From Macrostomum lignano (Eukaryota), in contig NIVC01002960.1 in assembly GCA_002269645.1 (NCBI GenBank), positions 62,001-126,000 of the forward strand: 64,000 nt of DNA, given 5' to 3'. The notes beneath the pieces were generated by a model. It had not been told where the DNA came from and did not search any database. It was given only the letters and a program-made list of their open reading frames with translations. Made by a program: the position numbers and the translations under genes. Positions 11,301 to 20,313 of this stretch are shown here, piece after piece (position 1 is the first letter of the stretch; each line of letters opens with the position of its first letter).

Positions 11301-13041
11301 GGCGCCTCCACCTTGCGTGACTTCCCTGCCAGCCGCCATGTCTATCAGGTAGCCGTTCACCCGAACTGACTGCACGCAGCCAGAGAGCGCTCTTCCGATA
11401 TCGAGCCATAAATTAGGAAAGTCGCTAACTGGACTGCCTGCACTGATGTTTTGAGAAGAGCATTCAAGTGGTTGCACACTGGCTGAAGTTGGCAGCTTTT
11501 TAGGGCAGACCACCATCCTGCTCTGAAAACGATTGGGTACCTATTCAGCTTCTGTCAAATATGAATATATCCCAGTACATATTGTCCAATCAGAACGTCT
11601 CTTACCAGTTCAGATTTCACTGATACATGGACAGCGAACCAGCTGCCGCTGTTTTGCTGAGGTAGGTCAACGCTAATAGAATCTCCTCCCAGTAAACTTC
11701 CAGCCACTCTGAGCTCTGTCTTCCTGTAGACAAACGTTGCGCTGAGCAATGAGTTATGGGGGTCGGCCGAGCTCTTCAAGACTACGGCGTCCTGGTTTTC
11801 TTGCTGGATAGTTCCGGAAAGTTCAAATGAGATTTCCAGAGACTGAACCGAGTGCGGCAGGCTGCCAATCCAGTGGCGAGTGAAGGCCAGACCGGATGAC
11901 CCGTGGCTGTAGCTTCTGACCGGGTACTCGCATCGAGGACCCCACGGGATGTTCGCGACAGACGGGCAGATGCACCTGCAGAGGGTGAAAAGTTTTTGTA
12001 GGTCTGTTGATGACATCGCTGCTTTTAAATGATGTCATACTTTGCTTTGCCGTAGCTCAGATGGCCGAAATGGCACAGATGGCACACAACTTGCCTGGAT
12101 CCGACACCAGTAAAGTTGGCATCGCATACTCCGTCGTTCAGGCAAGTGGCCGGCCCGCACGGCTCTGCGCTCATCTGCTCGGCTGTCTGAGCCGTCCAGC
12201 TCAGCCCGAATCCCAGGAAGTTCGAGTCGCTGTTGAGCTGCACCACAGCCGGATGCACCGATGGAAGCGAGCTGCTCGAAAAGCGCAGGCGACTGCGGCA
12301 CAGCTGAGCGGACTCAGCGGGACACCGATCCGGCATCACCTGGACTCCGCTACTCGCTTCAGTTTCGTTCTTCACCAGCTCGTACGCCTCCCAGAGGGCC
12401 AAGTAGGAGCTGGTGCTGGCCTTCGGTATGAGCAGGGACACCTCTGAGGTGTCGGCGGCCGGCTGCAGCTGAGAGACGAGGCGAGCCGACAGCCGACTCT
12501 TGAGTCTGGCCACCAGACTGTTGATGTCGTTCGTTCGACCTGCGGGAATTGAGCGGGCAGTTCTTGTGTGTAGGGGAATCAACAGGTCATGCCAAGCTCC
12601 GACAATACTCACCTGAAATGAATATTGCATTGTCGAGCACGCTCAGGGGCAGCCGGGAGACTGTGACACTGAGCTGGTGAATGGCGGTGCCGATGGTCAC
12701 CTGGACTAGGTGTGTGCCACCTGGCAGGTCGGCCTTGAACACAATCCTGTTTGGCACGGAGCTCCTGTCAACATCGAACTTGTCTGGCACCAGCCCGCTG
12801 CTCACGCTGTCGATAAGGTCCGAGCCGCTGATTGTCATGTAGGCGAAGCTGTACTTTGTGAAGTCCGCATCTGAGAAATGATTTAAACAGTTTGATCAGC
12901 AATCCATAGCCATGGCGTCTCACCCATGTCCCGCAAGTGCAACTCACCGTCCGGCAGCCGGACTTCAACGCTGGCCGAGTCGCAGAGGCCGCCAGTGGCC
13001 AAAGCCAGCAGAATGAGGGCTGCAGAGCTGCACCGAAGCAT
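8382..13041 (-). CDS. Classical-cadherin-like protein, paralog 1: SP - one degenerate EC-like domain - NC - EGF - LamG - EGF - LamG - EGF - TM - cytoplasmic domain with beta-catenin-binding C-terminus
   Basis: Phase-consistent exons: 13041-12948 (signal peptide [20 protein letters not shown]), 12870-12613, 12539-12095 (GC donor), 11975-11606, 11522-11063, 11024-10795, 10715-10502, 10422-9832 (EGF + [26 protein letters not shown]), 9749-9645, and a last exon starting at 8596 or 9616 and ending at 8382. The C-terminus [10 protein letters not shown]...[15 protein letters not shown] matches the classical cadherin catenin-binding signature. Confidence 0.85.
8666..9535. repeat. (GGTT)n/(AACC)n microsatellite
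   Basis: About 870 bp of imperfect tetranucleotide repeat inside the last intron or last exon of cadherin paralog 1. Confidence 0.97.
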
Positions 13042-13807
13042 GACCGACCAGCACTGGCTCGGGCTGAAACTGAGGCGAGTCTCTGGCGCTGCGCTCGTGG
13101 CTGCTTTGTGTTTGTTTTGGTGCGCGGCCTCCACCAGTGCGGACTGGCTGGGGTCAGTGGGGGAGTCGGAGGTGGCGGCAGGCACTTTAATCAGCAGGGG
13201 GAGAGAGGGGGGCGCATGGAGGCCGGGCCCAGTCCTAATGCCGAGCTCTGTTGCTGATAAGCGCCGGCCTATGGCGGGTGAGTCAGGCCTTCCCGGGCCC
13301 CGCCCCGCCAGATCGAGCAGCCCGGCAGGCGCAGGACAGGTGCGCATAAAAAGGAATCATTTTTTCCTACTTTATTTCGCCTACTCGCTGCATAATTGCG
13401 GCCCAGCCACCCCCGCCGCCGCATTGCAGGCCCAGCGAGTTGTGGGCCGCAGCTTGGGGGGGGAGTCAGAAATATTCGAATTGCACACGCAGCTCGAGAG
13501 CATTTCTTGGAGCTGCAGGGCGAGACAGAGCAGTCACTGATAAAGTCACCGGGCAGAGCTGAGCCAAGGAGATAAGGCTGCACAGGGCGCGGCTTCGCTC
13601 TGCCGCAGTTGCTCACACTGCACCGCTGCCGCATCTATCTGGCAGGGTCCCGGTGTCTCTTGGATGATCATATTTGACGCCTATTAATATCTATTATAGC
13701 TTTGAGGTTTGAGTATGACCACACTGCTGTCACAGTACACTGGTAATTCTTCAGTTCGAAACAGATTTTAAACAAGAACTTTGTGGTGGATTCAAGTCAA
13801 CTAACCT

Positions 13808-14345
13808 GAGGAGAAGAGAGGAGATGAGAGAAGAGGAGAGGAGAGGAGAGTAGAGGAGAGGAGAGGAGAGGAGAGTAGAGGAGAGGAGAGGAGAGGAGAG
13901 GAGAGGAGAGGAGAGGAGAGTAGAGGAGAGGAGAGGAGAGGAGAGGAGAGGAGAGGAGAGGAGAGGAGAGGAGAGAGAGGAGAGGAGAGAAGAGAGGGAG
14001 AGGAGAGGAGAGAAGAGGAGAGGAGAGGAGAGGAGAGGAGAGGAGAGGAGAGGAGAGGAGAGGAGAGGAGAGGAGAGGAGAGGAGAGGAGAGGAGAGGAG
14101 AGGAGAGGAGAGAGGAGAGGAGAGGAGAGGAGAGGAGAGGAGAGGAGAGGAGAGGAGAGGAGAGGAGAGGAGAGGAGAGGAGAGGAGAGGAGAGGAGAGG
14201 AGAGGAGAGGAGAGGAGAGGAGAGGAGAGGAGAGGAGAGGAGAGGAGAGGAGAGGAGAGGAGAGGAGAGGAGAGGAGAGGAGAGGAGAGGAGAGGAGAGA
14301 GAGAGGAGAGGAGAGGAGAGGAGAGGAGAGGAGAGGAGAGGAGGG
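13808..14345. repeat. (GAGAG)n pentanucleotide microsatellite
   Basis: Directly visible. Confidence 0.97.
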
Positions 14346-14433
14346 AGAAGATAGCTAAGAAGAGACATTAACAATAAGCGGACCGAATTGGTATTGTGAA
14401 GTTTCAAAGGACACGTAGAGAGGCTTTGCGGTC

Positions 14434-14683
14434 CGTATGTGGCCGCCCTGGGTCAGAGCGTCGGACTCGCGGCTTGAAGGTCAGGGGTTCGATTCCTGAT
14501 CCCACTGGAACAATTTGTGTCCTTGAGCAAGACACTTGACTCTGCATTGCTTCAGTTCATCCAGCTGTAAATTGGGTGCCATCATTAGCTGAGGTAATTG
14601 AGGGCGTGTGTGGTGACCCCCAGTCCTTGGACTAAACAGCCGTACGCAGCCTTCAGATGTATTCAATTATTATTATTATTATT
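14434..14683 (+). mobile_element. tRNA-derived CORE-type SINE, family 1, copy A
   Basis: B box GGTTCGATTCC; MIR-CORE-like segment TGTGTCCTTGAGCAAGACACTTGAC...CAGCTGTAAATTGGG; (ATT)n tail; homologous to 16955-17140 and 21690-22000. Confidence 0.85.
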
Positions 14684-15321
14684 ACTTGTATTATAATTTG
14701 ATCAACCAAAATTTGCCAGTTATTTCACTGAAGCCCTCAGCACACCTGTGCAGCGATTCGCGTGACTGCGGCCGGCATAAATAAACTGCAGAATTGCAAA
14801 TCTCGAGCCGCATTGCTTTGCATAAAGCCGGGCCCGCCGAGCTTCCAACTGAGGGCAGTGGCGGTGGCAAATGCCCGCCTGTAACAAAACACCCCGCCAT
14901 GCTAATTAACCTGCGCTGTGCTGGCGTATCAGCCTCTCCGCTGTGGGAACCAGAAACTCTGTAATTGAAGACTCTCAATCTTGCATTTTCGAGGTGCGAA
15001 TGTAGCCATCAGGCTTCAAGAGCTGCTCCAATCAAGATTAATGACTCTAGAAATGGTGAAGTCTAGTGCAAAACTGCTGGCCCAACAGCCAACCAACTGG
15101 ACTGCAACAAATTACAAGTATTTCTGCTGTTACAATAACTCGTAAAATTCGTAATTGTTAGTAAAATCTAGTAAAATTTCTACATGCACTGGATTTCTGG
15201 TCAACTGCGCATTGAAACAGGCAGCTGGAAGAAGCTGGAATTTGGGCGACTTCATTATTTTTACTTCTTTACTTTCATTGCTTTCTACTATGAGTAGTGC
15301 AGTGAGAATTGTTCTGCCGTA

Positions 15322-15452
15322 TGGATAGCTTTATTAGGGACAGGGGCTGGGTGCACTCTGGCGCACATTGTTACACAACCGGCGAGAGGCATTACTGCCC
15401 ATTCCGCCGACTCCCCTGAGCAGGCACACAAGCGAGCGGATACGTACGCAGT
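15322..15452 (+). mobile_element. Fragment of interspersed repeat (SINE family 2), running into a microsatellite
   Basis: About 130 bp matching the reverse complement of ~40510-40668 (ACAACCGGCGAGAGGCATTACTGCCCATTCCGCCGACTCCCCTGAGCAGGCA). Confidence 0.75.
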
Positions 15453-15458
15453 CAAAGA

Positions 15459-15664
<206 letters not shown>

Positions 15665-16319
15665 TAGGCCTCCCAAAAGCCACTTCAATGTGATTGACAG
15701 AAATGAAAAATTTAAATGAGGTGTTGGAAACTAGAAGGGTGATCGATATGTGAGCTCAATAAGTGACCGATGGGAGATCGGTTGATTCGAAGCCAGCAGA
15801 AGCCAGAAATCTAAGAAATGCTTTAACAAACTGGCAATTTTTGCACCCGGCAGCTCTGCACACTCGCCCGAGCGCCCCACCCAGATCGATCCGCTGCCAG
15901 CCCGAACGGGTGAACAGCCTGCAGATTATTTTCAGCCACTCCCCGGCCCTTCAGTGCCAGCTGGATCTGCGCCGCCTTGCCTTCCCAGAGACGCAAAGAA
16001 TCGCGGCAAAGGTTGCGCCAGCCGTCCACTCCGCCAATTGCACTACGTCGTAGCAGCCAGACCAAATCTGGCGGGGGGGGGGGTTCTTCCCTCATCCCTC
16101 TCGGGTCCGCAGGCCCTTGATCCCTGTGTAAGCACGAACTGTTAGTAGGCGCTTTTGTTCGCGACCCCTAGCGGGGTTTTAGCAGGCGGGCAGAGCGGCT
16201 AAAAAGGGGATTTCTGCACGAATTTGAGAGTGCAGACACCTGGAAGCTCTCCGGGACCGCCGATCTTCGTCTGACTCACTGGGCAGCCACTCTACCAGTG
16301 TTTAAAGTTCTCGTGTGTC

Positions 16320-17554
16320 ATGCCGCTGGCGGCTCTCTGGAGTTGCCGTGGCTCCAAAAAGCGGCAGCGGAAAGAGCAGCAGCAGCAACATGGAGGCAAG
16401 GATCCCACTGCCACCTCCCGCGAGGCTGAGGTACCCGAGGATGTCGACTTGACCGAAGCTCTGGCCGACGAAGAGATCGCCGAGTGCGTGCAGACTTTCA
16501 ACACATTCGACTACGACAACGACGGACGCATAAGCATGAAGGAGCTTGGCAACATCCTGCGCTGCCTTGGATACGGCTGCTCTCGGGCAGAGCTCAAGGT
16601 GAACTATCTTGGTATATAGTTGACAATATTCCTAGAGCCGCAAGGAATACTATGGTAGTCTCTAGGTGAGACAAGTCTAAACTCTACAGAGCCTTACCTG
16701 CCGAGCGTTCCTCCAGACCACAGAATTGTCCAGACAGAATCCTCCAGACCACAGAATTGTCCAGACAGAATCCTCCAGACCACAGAATTGTCCAGACAGA
16801 ATCCTCCAGATCACAGAATTGTCCAGACAGAATCCTCCAGACCACAGAATTGTCCAGACAGAATCCTCCAGACCACAGAATTGTCCAGACAGAATCCTCC
16901 AGATCACAGAATTGTCCAGACAGAATCCTCCAGACCATATCCAGACCAGATTCCGGATTCCACTGGAACAATTTATGTCCTTGATTAGCTGGGGTATTTG
17001 AGGCTGTGTGTGGGACCCCCCTGACCATGGACTGAACAGCCGTACGCAGCCTTCAGATGCGCCGCTTCAGCTGCGGCTGATCTGTCGGTTGCACATCTGG
17101 CCCAATCGGAGCTGGTGTAATCAGTTATTATTATATTACTGGGTTGCAGAATTCACTGCAGAGGTCTCTGGATGTTTTTGAGTGGTAAGAATTCCCGCAA
17201 AACTCGAAACTTGGGCCTCAGAGTGCAGCCCTGCTCCCGCAGGAGATGTTCGCCGGCATTGACAAGAACGGAAACGGCTTCATTGACCTGCAGGAGTTCC
17301 TCGGCCTCGTGGGCCTCGGGCAGCTTCGCCACCGGCAGCAGACGGACCGCCAGCTGGCGAAGGCCTTCCGAGTCTTCGACGCCGACCGAGACGGCTTCAT
17401 TGGCCCGGCGGAGCTGCGGGCTGCCCTGCGCCGCCTGTTGAAGCCCGCTGAGGTCACCGACCGACTGGTGGACGACATGATTCGCGGCGCTGACCGTGAC
17501 GGCGACGGACGCGTCTCCTTTGCCGAGTTCGTCGGCATCGTCAGCCCGCGGTAG
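16320..17554 (+). CDS. Calmodulin-like 4-EF-hand protein with a basic N-terminal extension
   Basis: Exons 16320-16598 (AAG|GTGAAC) and 17243-17554 (CCCGCAG|GAG), phase 0. EF loops DYDNDGRISMKE, DKNGNGFIDLQE, DADRDGFIGPAE and DRDGDGRVSFAE. The start codon is not certain. Confidence 0.9.
16710..16945. repeat. 31-bp intronic tandem repeat (CCTCCAGACCACAGAATTGTCCAGACAGAAT)n
   Basis: About 7 copies. Confidence 0.95.
16955..17140 (+). mobile_element. SINE family 1, copy B (5'-truncated, internally deleted)
   Basis: Shares ACTGGAACAATTT, CAGCCGTACGCAGCCTTCAGATG, GGTTGCACATCTGGCCCAAT and the TTA tail with the other copies. Confidence 0.85.
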
Positions 17555-18368
17555 CCGGAGCCATTGTGGATCGAGGCCAGCTGAGAGCTGGGGAATGCGG
17601 CCCAGTTTCTTGCCTTCCATCTGAAGAGCCCAATGACTCCACAAGCTGATATTGGTTGCACTCGTAGTTAAAATTTAGCGCTGTTTTTGCTGTACAGTAC
17701 AGAATTCTTGGATCGCGTGCGTGCGGATGTCATTGCCCCAGGCTGCTGCGAGAAATTTGCTTAAAAACAAACACTTTTTGTTGTCTCGATGAACTGCTGA
17801 GTTTTTTGCTAAGTTTACTCACTTCTCGCTTGTTGGGACGCAGAAGAAGAAATCTATGCACTGTATCAGTGGGTAAATTCGCCCACTGTGCATCAGCCCT
17901 AACCCAAGGCAGATACTCAAGCCTGCTTAGTTTCTCACCGATTGGACATGGAGACATTTTGGGCTCTGTGAAGTCCTCTACTGACTCTACTCAGATGTAG
18001 ATATGACCTCAGTGTAAAATTCTGGTACTACTTAGGATGCTCCGTCAATCTTCGTCCCCCGCGAGCTCGCAGACAACTCGGTGTACAATTGGCATATGTC
18101 TCGGGGCAGAGAAGTACAACTCAGGCTCAGGCGCAAACAATGAGAACTTCAAGGCGTCCATATTTCTTGCACTCAGAGCTTCTCAACAGCAGCGAAGGAA
18201 GAGGAGGCGAGGTTCGCTACCGAAACTTGAAAAACTTTGCCTACATAATTTCTATCAAGGGGACGAAAATAACGAAAATGAAACAGTCGGATGGTTGAAG
18301 CTGTGTTAGCTAACAACTGCTCAAAACGCTGAATTTCTCAAATCACTCCAAAACTCCAATCATCAAAA

Positions 18369-19850
18369 ATGCGAGCAAGTCAAGCAGTCACCGTCGCTCA
18401 CATCGCGGTGCTGCTGACGATGCGCTGCTGCCTGAAGGTTATGGAGTACCAGTTCATCACACTGGCCGCAGCAAGCTCCAATGCCAGCACCGCCACCGAG
18501 GGAGTGGCGGAGTCGGCCTCGCCGATGTCCTGGATGTACACCTGCCGCTTTTTGCTAGGCGCTCTGGGCGGCCTGGTGGCCTGCTGGATCGGCCACGTGC
18601 GCACCCTGCAGCTGGGCGGCTGCGTCCTGCTGGCATCGGCTGGCGCCATGGCCGGCGCCGTGTACACCGACCAGTGGCGCCCGGACTCCGGCGCCGCGCT
18701 GACCGCCTGCGCCCTCATGCTGGTCTACAACGGCCTGGTGATCCCCAACGTGATGTACGCAGTGCTGAGCAAGCGGACGAGGCCGCAGCGCCGCACGGTG
18801 CTCTGCGCGCTCGTCTACATGTCCTCCGCGGCCGGCCTGTTTGTGGGCATCCAGGTGCAGCACCTGCTGACCAACCCGAGCGTTGGCAAACACTGCAGCC
18901 TTGTCTGGCTGGCCTTCGCCCTCGCCTTTGCCGCGCTCGCCTTCCTAGCGCTGCCGCGGCTCGACGGAGCAGCCGCGATGGCACCGAGCTCCGGGCAGCT
19001 CGACACGGCTCCGCCGCCGCCGTTTTCGAAGCTGCTGTGCGACTGCGGGCACGTCCTGCTGCCGACTTGGAGCCGTCTGAAGCGCAGCTGCATTGTCTTC
19101 GGGACGCTGATCCCCTTCCTGGTGGGTCTGTGCGATGACCGGTCCTCGGCCTTCAACGCGCAGCGGGCGCTGCAGCCGCTCATCGCCAACTCCAGCGGAG
19201 GTAACTCCGGAAATGACCGATTGAGCGATTCGCTGGATAGTGCGCTGCTGGCAGTCAGCCTGGTGGCCGTCAACGGAGGTCTGATGGTCGCCGCCTGCTG
19301 CCTGCGCGGTCGCAGACGTCTCCCAGTGCAGCCGCGGCTCCTGGCGGGCATCGTCATGGAGGCGGCCCTGGAGCTGGCGCTGGCGGCAGTCAGTGGCGTT
19401 GGGCTGGCCGACCCTGTGGCCGTGTCCGCGCTGTACACCGCTTCTACAGTGGTGGACGCGACCGCCGCCGCGCTGACGATGGTGGCCGCCTACGAGCTGA
19501 TGGACAGCTTTGAGCGGGACGCCGCAATGCCACTGATTTTCGGCATCATGCTGACTGTGTGGGGTCTCGCGAACCTGGCCAGCCGCTGTATTGTCACGAT
19601 CTGCCGCCGCCTGCCGCCCGACAACCCGATCCTGCAGCCGAGCGCCGGCAAGCCGCCTCTGCTGTTCGTCTACCACTCGCTGCTGCTGGCGCTGCTGCTG
19701 CTGAGCCTCGCCTTCTGGCGGCTGTTCGCCCTGCGGCTTGCCCGCTCGCTGCAGGTTATATATGAGGACGAGGTGCCAGAAGCTTCCGCCGGCCCCGTCA
19801 ACGATAGCGACGGGGAGAACCGGCCGCTGCTGGACCCCGCCATCAACTGA
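18369..19850 (+). CDS. Intronless multi-pass membrane protein, MFS-fold/POT(SLC15)-like transporter (divergent)
   Basis: 493-aa GC3-rich ORF with about 11-12 hydrophobic segments. GALGGLVACWIGHVRTLQLGG resembles the MFS/POT TM2-3 loop. C-terminal ENRPLL dileucine. Confidence 0.75.
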   Translation: MRASQAVTVAHIAVLLTMRCCLKVMEYQFITLAAASSNASTATEGVAESASPMSWMYTCRFLLGALGGLVACWIGHVRTLQLGGCVLLASAGAMAGAVYTDQWRPDSGAALTACALMLVYNGLVIPNVMYAVLSKRTRPQRRTVLCALVYMSSAAGLFVGIQVQHLLTNPSVGKHCSLVWLAFALAFAALAFLALPRLDGAAAMAPSSGQLDTAPPPPFSKLLCDCGHVLLPTWSRLKRSCIVFGTLIPFLVGLCDDRSSAFNAQRALQPLIANSSGGNSGNDRLSDSLDSALLAVSLVAVNGGLMVAACCLRGRRRLPVQPRLLAGIVMEAALELALAAVSGVGLADPVAVSALYTASTVVDATAAALTMVAAYELMDSFERDAAMPLIFGIMLTVWGLANLASRCIVTICRRLPPDNPILQPSAGKPPLLFVYHSLLLALLLLSLAFWRLFALRLARSLQVIYEDEVPEASAGPVNDSDGENRPLLDPAIN

Positions 19851-20313
19851 TGGGTGTCGGCGATGGAATCATAACCGGCTACACATGTAATAATTGACCA
19901 TTCGTAGGCTTTCTCAAGACCTACTTAGGACTTTACGAACTTTAAGAGATATCTTGCTCACATCGAAATCGCGCGCACAGAATTTGCGCAACCTATTTTA
20001 ACAATTTTTGAACTCTCTTCACCGGTTACCCCAGTAGCCACATGGAATCAGTCTGCAAAACTGAGGTCCAGATCGCTCAAAGTCTCAGGTCATGCATTAT
20101 GCTGGGCCGCTACAGTTGATTGATATAATGAATAAGTAAACATATTTTTCGATAAAAAGCTCCACACAGCAATACTTTCGTTTTCATTTAACTTCTGTGA
20201 AGATTACCCTAGCCATTCTAACATAGCGAACTGTAAACACCTTCTGACAATGGTTTATTTAGTCATGAACAACTCCGAAATATGAACTAAATGTATTAAT
20301 CAAGATGTAGAAC

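Noticed and set aside
12926-13540. Plus-strand ORF overlapping the cadherin first exon, and antisense ORFs over the cadherin, MFS and adaptor exons
   Set aside because: Shadow ORFs of GC-rich coding sequence with no independent signal.
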